Assembly (NCBI GenBank): GCA_964473565.1
Contig: CAYYPI010000005.1
Location: 1-52,859 of the forward strand
Length of the DNA: 52,859 nucleotides
From: an uncultured Gammaproteobacteria bacterium
Lineage (GTDB): Bacteria; Patescibacteriota; Patescibacteriia; Patescibacteriales; UBA12465
Direction: 5' to 3'
This document shows positions 10,336-19,523 of the stretch, piece by piece (position 1 is the first letter of the stretch; the number at the start of each line of letters is the position of its first letter). Below the pieces are notes generated by a model that saw only the letters and a list, made by a program, of their open reading frames with translations, searched no databases and was not told the DNA's origin. Position numbers and translations under genes: made by a program.

Positions 10336-11496
10336 TTATTTAAGTATTTCTAAATATAATCTGTAAGTGGAGTGCGCACTAGAAAACCAATGATATTGCG
10401 CTATCTGCACTTTACCCTTCTCGATTAAATCCTTACGTAAATGTTTATTTTTAATAATCTTTTTAATTTTCTCATAAGCATCTATATTTTTATAAGGATC
10501 AAAATATAAAACAGAGTCTCCTAGAATTTCAGGTAAACTAGCTTGATTAGAGCTTACCACCGGACAGTCATAGGCCATAGCTTCAAGTGGAGGTAAACCA
10601 AAACCTTCATAGAGTGATGGAAACACATAAGCTAAAGCATTCCTGTACAAAGAAGCCAAATCTTTATCAGGCACATAATCAGCAAAAATCACGTCTTTAT
10701 CAGACAATTCTAAGCTTTCAGCATGCTTTTTTAAGCGTTTATAAAAATAATCATTTTTTCCAACTAAAACTAAAAGTAAACTAGGAAAATCTTTTTTTAG
10801 TTTTTTAAAAATATCAAGTAGACCTTCTAAATTTTTATGGGGGTAAGCATTACCAACATAGAGCAAGTATCTATTATCACCAATCTTATAGTCTTTTAGC
10901 AGCTTTTTGTCACTGTCACGATTTACATTATCATCTAAAACTAAATCAGACACACCCTCATAAATAACATTAATTTTATCTTTTTTCACCTTAAACTTTT
11001 TTTCAATATCTTTTTTTGTAAACTCAGATACAGCAATAATTTTTTCTGCTCTAGCAATTGCCATAGAAATGACAAATTTATATGCCAAGTATTTGATCTT
11101 GTAATAAAGAGGCGGAAGTAATGATGCTTTTTGCGTAGGAAAACGAGTTAATATTAAATCATGGATAGTAACAATAAAATTTACTTTTGTTAAAACTGGA
11201 ACATTAAAATGGGTGAAATGTATTAAATCTAATTTTTCTTTATATATTTGCCAAGGAAAAAATATTTGCTCTGCAAAAGAATACCAACGACTTTTTACTA
11301 AAACTTTTTTGACATTTTCTTTCTCACTTGAAAACAAATCATAATTTTCTGGGCTTAAAAAAATAACATAAAAATTCTCTGAATCCATTCTTAAAATATT
11401 ATCAACTATTTCTTTTGTGTACCTTCCTAGACCTTTTCCAATAGGGCCATAAAATCTAGCATCTATACCTATTCTTTTTTTATTACTTTTATTCAT
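10336..11496 (-). CDS. Glycosyltransferase family 4
   Basis: TIHDL, YVGNAYPHKN, FPSLYEGFGLPPLEAMA (EX7E). Confidence 0.93.
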   Translation of the reverse strand: MNKSNKKRIGIDARFYGPIGKGLGRYTKEIVDNILRMDSENFYVIFLSPENYDLFSSEKENVKKVLVKSRWYSFAEQIFFPWQIYKEKLDLIHFTHFNVPVLTKVNFIVTIHDLILTRFPTQKASLLPPLYYKIKYLAYKFVISMAIARAEKIIAVSEFTKKDIEKKFKVKKDKINVIYEGVSDLVLDDNVNRDSDKKLLKDYKIGDNRYLLYVGNAYPHKNLEGLLDIFKKLKKDFPSLLLVLVGKNDYFYKRLKKHAESLELSDKDVIFADYVPDKDLASLYRNALAYVFPSLYEGFGLPPLEAMAYDCPVVSSNQASLPEILGDSVLYFDPYKNIDAYEKIKKIIKNKHLRKDLIEKGKVQIAQYHWFSSAHSTYRLYLEILK

Positions 11497-11518
11497 ATTT
11501 CATTATTTCAATTTATTT

Positions 11519-12316
11519 CTATATTATTAAAGCTGCTAACAAAGTTATTATTGCAAAAAACAAAACAAAATAACCAAAGTTAATTTTTTGAGCAAGTTTA
11601 AGTAAATACTTAATAGTTAACCAACCAAACACAAAAGAGGCTAACAAAGCCACTAAGGAATTAAGGTTAAAACTAAACTTATCTAAATTTAAAACAATAT
11701 TCCCTGCTAAAACTAGTGGTAAGCTAAGTAAAAAACTAAGCTGCAATGCACTTTGTTTATTAAACTTTGACATCAAAAGAGCTGATACTGTTAAACCAGA
11801 TCTTGACAAGCCTGGCAAAGCGGCAAAGGCTTGTACTACACCAATCATTATACCATCAAAATAACGTAAATCCTTTTCATCTTTGTAACCACCTTTTTTA
11901 ACTCTTAATTGTAAGTAAGCAGTAATAAAAAGCATTACAGCAATAATAATAGTAATTACCTGAGCAATAGCAGAGATATCAACAGTAAATTTATCAATAA
12001 TTTCTAAGAAAATTATCCCTAAAACACCACTAACTAATGTACCTAGAATTAAAAAATTAAGTGTTTTCTTATTTTCATCACTAGCTTTCTTGTAATTAAA
12101 TAGGTTTTTCAATAAAATCCATACCTTTTTTCTGAAATAAACTAAGGCAGCTAGAAAAGTACCAAAGTGTAGAAACAATGAATAATGAATAGCCTCAGAG
12201 AGCGTTTCAGTGCTAGCAAAAAAATTAGCTTTCATTAAAACAATTATTCCCTCAGAGCTAACAGGTAACCATTCAGCTATGCCTTGTGCTGCCCCAATAA
12301 TTAATGACTCAATCAT
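11519..12316 (-). CDS. uppP: Undecaprenyl-diphosphate phosphatase
   Basis: QGIAEWLPVSSEG, LHFGT, LPGLSRSG motifs; polytopic membrane protein. Confidence 0.92.
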   Translation of the reverse strand: MIESLIIGAAQGIAEWLPVSSEGIIVLMKANFFASTETLSEAIHYSLFLHFGTFLAALVYFRKKVWILLKNLFNYKKASDENKKTLNFLILGTLVSGVLGIIFLEIIDKFTVDISAIAQVITIIIAVMLFITAYLQLRVKKGGYKDEKDLRYFDGIMIGVVQAFAALPGLSRSGLTVSALLMSKFNKQSALQLSFLLSLPLVLAGNIVLNLDKFSFNLNSLVALLASFVFGWLTIKYLLKLAQKINFGYFVLFFAIITLLAALII

Positions 12317-12321
12317 AAGTT

Positions 12322-13944
12322 TTAAGCAAAGGGTAAATTCTCAGGCGGTGAGCTTTTTGAATTTACACTAGTTTCTTTATTATTTGTATTAGCACTATCA
12401 TCTTCAATATTATTATCTGAAAAAATTGATTCTTCTGAAATTTCTTTTCTATGTTTATCCTCATTATCTGTACTATCAAGCTCTTGTCTAGCTTCATTAT
12501 AGTCTGGCTCATCTTTTTTATCTTCAGAATATGGAATTTCTCTTTTTTCTAAAACTTCATCTAAGTTATATTTTTTATCTTCACTTTCTTGCACCTCAGA
12601 TAAAAATTCAGGCACATTTGATTCAATTCCAGCTTCAATTTCTTGAGGTAAGCTAGAAGGCGCTTCAGCTTTTCTGCCAGGAGCTTTTTGTAGCAATGGT
12701 GACTGCACTGAAGCTTCCACTGGAAAGTGCCATAAAGTAGCCAGCTCTTCAATATTCATAATACCTGGCATCCTACCAGCACTAGCATCTCTGTTTACAT
12801 AATTAAATATTATATTATTTTTCTTACGAACAATACGTTTATTTTTTTTAAAGTACTCGGCTTTAGTCATAGTATACTTTACATCAGGTTTTAAATTATT
12901 TAAGTCTAAAGCAGCAAACTGTTTCATGTAACCAACAAAACCATTAGCCACCTTACCTTTATTCATATCTTCTTTTCTGGCAACATAGACAGCTCTTACT
13001 TTGACTCTAAAACCTAATTTAGATACTTTATCATGAACTCCCTCCACTTGATGCTTTTGTTTAGGGGTTAATTCTATCATTGATAGTCCACTTTCTTTAG
13101 CAGTTTCCTCCTTTTTTTCTATATCACCCCAAATACTATAAAAAACTTCACTTAATTCACCTAATAATTCTAAGAAGTGCATAAATATACCTTTCTTACC
13201 AGGTGTCTTTTTTTCTAATATCTTATCCACCACCTTATCACCTTCATCCATCCAGTCAAAACCTATTGGAACTACAATTATTTGATACCAAAATTGTTCA
13301 CCAGGTCCTAAAGAGCTACATAAATCCATAAGTGCTGCCGATGGATCCTTAAATTGGGTTTCACTAGGTCCAATCATATGCTCAAACTTAGAATAGACTT
13401 TAATTGGAAGCATGTGATTATTAGCATGTATATACTCTGAACCCCATAAATCATACTCATCATCAGGATACTTGTGAGGAACATCATTAACATAATCATC
13501 AATCTCACTAATTTCAGCGTCTGGATACTGTGAATATACAGCGGATTCAACTAAATTTCTAAACCTTTCAGGTGTTCTAATGATAAACTGGGTATAACCT
13601 TCAATGCTAACAATCTCTAAACTAAAACTTAATTGTACTTTACCTTCAAACCATTTTTCAAAAAAATTAATTGATCCATGGGCTCCGGATAAATATGTAA
13701 AGATATTTTCTGCAGCCTTAGGTGTTTGCTCATTACCTCTTGGAATATCTATGGCTAATAAAGTATATGTTACCGTAGATGACCACTGCTCTATTTTTCT
13801 CATCAACCATACCTGCAAAACTCCATGTAAGAATAAAACAGCCAATATCATCCATCCAAAATAAATAAAAAAACGCCAAAACATAAGATCAGCTGGCAAG
13901 GATAGGAAATCTTGTATAGGTGTTAAATCAATTAATATATTCAT
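12322..13944 (-). CDS. Conserved hypothetical membrane protein with acidic disordered tail ending PPENLP
   Basis: N-terminal TM; FSLEIVS, YSQYPDAEI and EELATLWHFP motifs. Confidence 0.6.
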   Translation of the reverse strand: MNILIDLTPIQDFLSLPADLMFWRFFIYFGWMILAVLFLHGVLQVWLMRKIEQWSSTVTYTLLAIDIPRGNEQTPKAAENIFTYLSGAHGSINFFEKWFEGKVQLSFSLEIVSIEGYTQFIIRTPERFRNLVESAVYSQYPDAEISEIDDYVNDVPHKYPDDEYDLWGSEYIHANNHMLPIKVYSKFEHMIGPSETQFKDPSAALMDLCSSLGPGEQFWYQIIVVPIGFDWMDEGDKVVDKILEKKTPGKKGIFMHFLELLGELSEVFYSIWGDIEKKEETAKESGLSMIELTPKQKHQVEGVHDKVSKLGFRVKVRAVYVARKEDMNKGKVANGFVGYMKQFAALDLNNLKPDVKYTMTKAEYFKKNKRIVRKKNNIIFNYVNRDASAGRMPGIMNIEELATLWHFPVEASVQSPLLQKAPGRKAEAPSSLPQEIEAGIESNVPEFLSEVQESEDKKYNLDEVLEKREIPYSEDKKDEPDYNEARQELDSTDNEDKHRKEISEESIFSDNNIEDDSANTNNKETSVNSKSSPPENLPFA

Positions 13945-13993
13945 AATATAATATCATCCTATTTAAGTATATTTTACCATACTTAGGCAAAAA

Positions 13994-14021
13994 ATAAAAT
14001 CCCATGAAAATGGGATTTTAT
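13994..14021 (-). terminator. Intrinsic terminator
   Basis: ATAAAATCCCAT-GAAA-ATGGGATTTTAT perfect 12-bp stem with T tract on the minus strand. Confidence 0.75.
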
Positions 14022-14052
14022 ATAATATATAAAAAGTATTTTTTAGTTTTTT

Positions 14053-15075
14053 TTACCACTCTTTAAGAGCATACAAACCTCTACCAACTAACTTATATCT
14101 ATCATCTAAAATAAGCTCATTATGTACCGTAGCGGCATTAGCTTTTTTCTTATCAAAACCAACTTCATTAATTCTCTCTGCAATTTCAGTAAAATGCATT
14201 GGTTTTTGATTATTATATTTTAATACTAAATAAATCTTATCATTAATTGTTTTAGGTTTAACCTCTTTTGAATCACTAAGACCCCATTCGCCAAATTTAT
14301 TTTGATCTAAATGTTTAATGGTCTGTAGGAAATTATACAAAGGTTTATTATTATTAATCAAATCTGGATCTTCAGGAAAAACACTGTGCTTAAACACTTC
14401 ACTAAGATCAGCTCCATCTTTATTTTCTAACTGATTATTATATTTTTTGTATGTCTTTAAGCTTTTCAGTATTTCTAAAAGCTCTTGTGTCTTCACTGTT
14501 TCACGCATAGACTTAACTTTTTCCACAGCTTCATTAACTAACTCATCAAAGTGTTTGTCAGAAATATCTTTTAAGCTATATGAAACATGATAATCATTAT
14601 GATTTAAATATTTAGAAATATTTTCAGGAAATAGTTTAGAAATAATAAAATCAAAATGTTCTTTATATAAATTTCTTTCTTTTTCAGTTAATTCTTTTTT
14701 TCTTAATTCCTGTAAAGAAATAGTTAAAATATCTAACATAAACTCCTGTCTCATAAGACCACCATGTTCTTGCAGTAATTCAGAAACACTTTGTTTAACA
14801 TCTTTTATATATTCATCTAAAGAATCTAGTTTGCGTAATTTAGCTAAACTAGCAGTTTCTATTTGTCTAACTCTTTCACGGGTAAGCTTGTGTAAACCAC
14901 CAATAGACTCTAAAGTTTCCCTTTTTTTGCCATGAAGACCATGACGTCTAGTTAAAATATCTTTTTCTCTATCTTTTAATCCAGAAAAGATTTTATTTAC
15001 AATAGAAATAGAGTCTAGCTTTGCTAGCTCTTCTTGTTTTTTTTGTTTAATTAAACTTTCTATATACTTTGACAT
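14053..15075 (-). CDS. Sigma-70 region-4 HTH protein with C-terminal HARE-HTH/RNAP delta-like domain
   Basis: ETLESIG...LTRERVRQIE and PMHFTEI...VHNELI..RYKLVGRGLYALKEW. ATG 15075 follows AAAGGAAA; the track's TTG at 15135 coincides with a TTGACT -35 element. Confidence 0.8.
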   Translation of the reverse strand: MSKYIESLIKQKKQEELAKLDSISIVNKIFSGLKDREKDILTRRHGLHGKKRETLESIGGLHKLTRERVRQIETASLAKLRKLDSLDEYIKDVKQSVSELLQEHGGLMRQEFMLDILTISLQELRKKELTEKERNLYKEHFDFIISKLFPENISKYLNHNDYHVSYSLKDISDKHFDELVNEAVEKVKSMRETVKTQELLEILKSLKTYKKYNNQLENKDGADLSEVFKHSVFPEDPDLINNNKPLYNFLQTIKHLDQNKFGEWGLSDSKEVKPKTINDKIYLVLKYNNQKPMHFTEIAERINEVGFDKKKANAATVHNELILDDRYKLVGRGLYALKEW

Positions 15076-15149
15076 AATTTTTCCTTTATTTTTTTTACTA
15101 TACATTACTCTATCACAAATAAAATAAATAGTCAAGCTTTTATATAAAA

Positions 15150-15180
15150 AGATAAACTACACGCTTTGTATAGTTTATCT
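15150..15180 (-). terminator. Intrinsic terminator after the YggT gene
   Basis: AGATAAACTA...TAGTTTATCT inverted repeat plus T tract on the minus strand. Confidence 0.6.
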
Positions 15181-15222
15181 AATATATTTTTTTCTAGAAT
15201 ACCTAGACTATAAATTAGTATA

Positions 15223-15558
15223 TTATTCTAATCTATCATTTCCCTCTTCATTGTTTTTAGCTTTTCTAAAATTACTTAAATAGTTAATAATTTCAATAAG
15301 TATCCAAGCTACTATAGCATAAACAATTACTGCAAAAAGAGTGGAAAACTCTATAATTAAGCCGTCCTCTAAAACTGGCGCAGAAAACATACCTCTAAAT
15401 GGATATAATAAAGGATCAGAAGTTTCATATATCCATGAAACAAAAGGAGCCGAAGTGTTAGCACCGAAAAGTTTTAATACAAACCTCATTAGTAAAAATA
15501 CCTCTACTAAAGAAAATACTATATTCACTGTATTTTCTAGAATTTTTTTATACCACAT
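15223..15558 (-). CDS. YggT family membrane protein
   Basis: RFVLKLFGAN..APFVSWIYETSDPLLYPFRGMF. Confidence 0.85.
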   Translation of the reverse strand: MWYKKILENTVNIVFSLVEVFLLMRFVLKLFGANTSAPFVSWIYETSDPLLYPFRGMFSAPVLEDGLIIEFSTLFAVIVYAIVAWILIEIINYLSNFRKAKNNEEGNDRLE

Positions 15559-15679
15559 ATAATATAAGTTAATTATAAAATATTAAAGTACAAGTAAAAA
15601 ACAGTATAACAAAAAATTACTAATATTTCAAGTATTAGGCAGAAATACTTAGTTAAAGAAGTTAAAATAATTACAATTT

Positions 15680-16612
15680 TTATCTTAACTTAGCAATCTT
15701 TCTATAGTTTTTAATTAGTTTAAAATAGTTGTTTAATTGAAATCTTTCTTTAAATAAAACGTAAAAAAACATCAAGATAACTTTAAAAGAAATTAGGGTT
15801 TTGTTATAAAAACTTTGTAATTTAAAATATTTTATATAAATAATATGTTGATTTAGAAAAGACATCTTCCTAGCAAATTTACTCTTTTTTGCTCTGCTTT
15901 TTTCTTTCTTGGTAGTTCTATCATGATAAATGTAAGCATTGTTTACTGTTTCAGCGCTATAGCCCCTTAAAAATAGTCTATAAGCTAAGTCAGCATCCTC
16001 CTTATACATAAACATATTCTCATCAAAATACTTATTATCGTTCTTAACTTTATTTAAAGCACTCATTCTATAGATTCCTGCCGCTCCTGAAGTGCCAATA
16101 ATGTGATTATTATTATCTTTTAAGGCCTCATCTAAGTTAACTCCTTGTCCTTTGTCTATAAAGCGAAGACCTGGCTTTAAGACTATACCTAGACTATCAA
16201 CTAGTTTTGATCTATTTAAATATGGAAAATTCCACTTTAATATTATAGGGCTAACTGCACCTAAACTTCCTCTTTTTTTGATAGCTGATAAAAGCTGTGA
16301 AATAGAATCTTCTTCAAGATAAGTGTCTGGATTGATAATAAGAAAATAGTCAGCTTTTAGATTATTAGTTTTTTCTAAAATTATATTATAAGCTTTAGAA
16401 AAACCCAGGTTTTTACCTGAGCTTAATATTTCTATCTGAGGGTATTTTTCTTGTATATAATTTAAATTACTTAAATCATTAACACTATTATCAACACAGA
16501 ATAATTTATAATCTCCAACTTTATCTAAGGCTTTAATTAGACTTGGTAAGAAAATATCTAAGTATTTATAAGTATCTTTTTCATAACTTATGAAACCGGC
16601 TGCAATTTTCAT
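15680..16612 (-). CDS. Glycosyltransferase family 2 (possible rhamnosyltransferase)
   Basis: VDNS, NLGFSKAYN, INPD, FDENMFMYKEDADL; adjacent to rmlA/rmlD. Confidence 0.85.
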   Translation of the reverse strand: MKIAAGFISYEKDTYKYLDIFLPSLIKALDKVGDYKLFCVDNSVNDLSNLNYIQEKYPQIEILSSGKNLGFSKAYNIILEKTNNLKADYFLIINPDTYLEEDSISQLLSAIKKRGSLGAVSPIILKWNFPYLNRSKLVDSLGIVLKPGLRFIDKGQGVNLDEALKDNNNHIIGTSGAAGIYRMSALNKVKNDNKYFDENMFMYKEDADLAYRLFLRGYSAETVNNAYIYHDRTTKKEKSRAKKSKFARKMSFLNQHIIYIKYFKLQSFYNKTLISFKVILMFFYVLFKERFQLNNYFKLIKNYRKIAKLR

Positions 16613-16624
16613 GTTATTAAATAA

Positions 16625-17350
16625 TTAAATAATCATATTATCTGCTAATTTCTCTTTAGCAATTTTCTGGGCTTCTAATAAACTATCATGAGTTCCGGCA
16701 TCCAACCATTTGCCATTTACCTTAGCAACCTCTAACTCACTTTTACTCAAAAACCAATTATTAATATCTGTTATTTCTAATTCCCCTCTATCGCTTGGCT
16801 TTATACTTTTTGCTACTTCAACTACTCTGCTGTCATAGACATATAGTCCTGTAACAGCATAATCACTAATCCATTTTTTAGGTTTTTCCACAATCCTTTC
16901 CGCTTTCTTGTTATCATCAAACTTAACTACTCCGAATCTATGTGGATCTTTAACTTTTTTAGCAAAAACTTTTGCCCCTCCTTGAAATGAACTTAAATCA
17001 TGACTAAAATCATCCTCAAAGATATTATCACCTAAAATCATAGCTACATCTTGATCATCAATAAAGTTTTCTCCTATTAAAAAAGCTTCAGCCAAACCTT
17101 TGGGTTTGTCTTGTATTTCATAGGTAAATTTAACACCAAATTGCTTACCACTGCCCAATAAATTCAAATAATCACCTGCTCTTTCAGGTGCAACAATAAT
17201 TAAAATTTCCTTAATACCTGCTTTAATTAAAGTATTTAAAGGATAATAAATCATTGGTTTATTATAAACCGGTAATAATTGTTTGCTGGTAATTTTAGTT
17301 AAAGGTTGAAGGCGAGTACCTGAACCTCCTGATAATATAATACCTCTCAT
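16625..17350 (-). CDS. rmlA: Glucose-1-phosphate thymidylyltransferase (short form)
   Basis: GIILSGGSGTRLQPLT, SKQLLPVYNKPMIYYPL, LGDN, RGELEITD, WLDAGT. Confidence 0.93.
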   Translation of the reverse strand: MRGIILSGGSGTRLQPLTKITSKQLLPVYNKPMIYYPLNTLIKAGIKEILIIVAPERAGDYLNLLGSGKQFGVKFTYEIQDKPKGLAEAFLIGENFIDDQDVAMILGDNIFEDDFSHDLSSFQGGAKVFAKKVKDPHRFGVVKFDDNKKAERIVEKPKKWISDYAVTGLYVYDSRVVEVAKSIKPSDRGELEITDINNWFLSKSELEVAKVNGKWLDAGTHDSLLEAQKIAKEKLADNMII

Positions 17351-17360
17351 AAATTTAATT

Positions 17361-18227
17361 TTAATCTAATAAATAAGCTCTTAAAGCTTGCTTCCAATAT
17401 CGCAATGGTCTAGTCTTAGTATTTGCTAAAACACTGTAGTGTGGTCTTTTAGCTGGCCTTTTAAATTCACTTGCTAAGCTAGCTTCTATCTTAACATCTT
17501 TTTTTAATATATTAAAGAGTTCTAAGGCACCTTGATACCAAGTTGCCTGTCCTTTATTAATTAAATGATATATACCAATGGGATAATTATGATTAATTAA
17601 ATATTTAGTGCTTTCAGCTAAATCATGAGTATAAGTAAAACAACTAATTTCATCATCAACAACCTTAAGTTTATCCTGAGTTTCTGATAATTTCAACATT
17701 ATATCAAAAAAACTACTCTTAGATTCTTCACTATAACCCTTAGGGCCAAATAGCTTAGAGGTTCTAATTAAATAATAATCAAGCCCCCTAACCTCTAGCC
17801 TTTCAAGTGCTTTTTCACCCATGTACTTACTATAGCCATACTTATTAACTGGATTTGGGACTTCATGCTCTAAATAAGGATCCGTCCTATCTTCTTTGCC
17901 AAAAACATAATCCGAGGAATAATGTACTAATTTAATCTTATTTTTTAAAGCAATGTTTGCCAAAAGTTCAGGTAATTCAGAATTTAACTTTAGCGCCACT
18001 TCCCACATATTTTTATCTTCTTCACATTTATCTACATTATTATAAGCGGCACAGTTAATAATTAAATCTAAAGACAAAGAATTAAGCTTTTTTTCAACAA
18101 CAAAAAAATCTAAAAGATCTAAATCTTCCTTATCAAAAGAAATTAAATTATTTTCAGGACTAAATTGTTTTTGTATTTGTGTCCCCAAATTACCCTTAGC
18201 CCCTAAAACTAAAATATTCATAGCCAA
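17361..18227 (-). CDS. rmlD: dTDP-4-dehydrorhamnose reductase
   Basis: GAKGNLG, NCAAYNNVD, SSDYVF, YGYSK, AKRPHYSVL. Confidence 0.92.
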   Translation of the reverse strand: MAMNILVLGAKGNLGTQIQKQFSPENNLISFDKEDLDLLDFFVVEKKLNSLSLDLIINCAAYNNVDKCEEDKNMWEVALKLNSELPELLANIALKNKIKLVHYSSDYVFGKEDRTDPYLEHEVPNPVNKYGYSKYMGEKALERLEVRGLDYYLIRTSKLFGPKGYSEESKSSFFDIMLKLSETQDKLKVVDDEISCFTYTHDLAESTKYLINHNYPIGIYHLINKGQATWYQGALELFNILKKDVKIEASLASEFKRPAKRPHYSVLANTKTRPLRYWKQALRAYLLD

Positions 18228-19519
18228 TTTTTTTCTTGCCTAATTAAAATGTCTTTAGCTTGAAGTGGTTTAGCCATAACCTCTTTAACCACCTTCTCCA
18301 TTCTAGCACTTTGAGAGCCTTTAACAAGTATCAAGTCATTTTCTTTAATTTTTTCTTGTAAGAATTTACCAGCTTCTAGGTTACTATTAAAATAAAAACA
18401 TTTCTTTTTGTCAAAGCCTAGCTCTATTGCTCCTCTAATAATATCTCTAGACTTCTCTCCTACTACAATTAAAAGTGCGGGGTTAAGCTCTGCTACCTTT
18501 CTGCCCACTTCCCTGTGACCTTCTTGAGTATATGGTCCTAACTCTAACATTTCACCCATAACAACAATATATCTTGAATCTTTAAAGTTCATTGACTGCA
18601 TTAAATTTAAAGCAGACAAAGAAGAGTTTGGTGAAGAGTTGTAAGTATCATCAATTAAATAAGTATTTTTTATACCTAAAATAACATTCATTCTAGCTTT
18701 TGGCATCCTAAAATTATTCAAACCTTCTAAAGCCTTAACTAGATTTAACTTTAAAGAAATTGCACAACTAATAGCAGCTAAAACAGCATAGACAGCACTA
18801 ATACTAGTTGCTTCTGGTATTTTTACTGGCACAGTGGATCCCTGCCAGTTTAATTTAAAGTTAATACCTTTAATCTTTTCTAAACTAATATTTTCATCTT
18901 TATGACGTTCAAAATTGTATATTAAATCAAAAGCATGTAAGTCAGCATTTTTATCTAAACCATAACTTATAGCCATAGCTTTACTAAGCTCTCTCATCCC
19001 TCTGCTGTGTTCGTTGTCGTAATTTATAATAGCAACTTTTTCCTTTTTTAGAGCTTTGATAAGTTTAGCTTTCTCATCCTTGATATTTTCCAGTCTTTTA
19101 AAAAACTCCAAATGCGAAGAACTTACTCCTGTTACTATAGCAATATCAGGAGGAGCAATACTAATAAGATAATCCATGTCGCCAGGCCTATCAATGCCCA
19201 TTTCTAAAATTAATACTTGTGGATATTTTTTATTATTTATCACTAATAATTTTAAGGCTTTTAAAAAAATAAATAGCCAATTAAACATTGACTTACCAGG
19301 AGCCTCTCTTATTCCAATAATAGTTAAAGGAACTCCTATTTCATTGTTAAAGTTTTTATAGGTAGCTCTAACCTTAAAGTGCGGTCTTAATACCGCCTCG
19401 CAAGCCTCTTTAGTTGTGGTTTTACCCACTGAACCAGTAATACTAATTATTTGAGGTTTATATTTTTTTAAAACTAAACGGGCTAAATATTTTAATTTCA
19501 GAAATAATATTTTTTTCAT
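18218..19519 (-). CDS. murF: UDP-N-acetylmuramoyl-tripeptide:D-Ala-D-Ala ligase
   Basis: ITGSVGKTTTK, NNEIGVP, LEMG, DDTYNSSP, MLELG, VKGS. Confidence 0.93.
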   Translation of the reverse strand: MKKILFLKLKYLARLVLKKYKPQIISITGSVGKTTTKEACEAVLRPHFKVRATYKNFNNEIGVPLTIIGIREAPGKSMFNWLFIFLKALKLLVINNKKYPQVLILEMGIDRPGDMDYLISIAPPDIAIVTGVSSSHLEFFKRLENIKDEKAKLIKALKKEKVAIINYDNEHSRGMRELSKAMAISYGLDKNADLHAFDLIYNFERHKDENISLEKIKGINFKLNWQGSTVPVKIPEATSISAVYAVLAAISCAISLKLNLVKALEGLNNFRMPKARMNVILGIKNTYLIDDTYNSSPNSSLSALNLMQSMNFKDSRYIVVMGEMLELGPYTQEGHREVGRKVAELNPALLIVVGEKSRDIIRGAIELGFDKKKCFYFNSNLEAGKFLQEKIKENDLILVKGSQSARMEKVVKEVMAKPLQAKDILIRQEKNWL

Positions 19520-19523
19520 ATAT

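Noticed and set aside
15076-15135. Track start at TTG 15135
   Set aside because: The TTG is part of a -35 hexamer; ATG 15075 has a purine-rich RBS-like sequence
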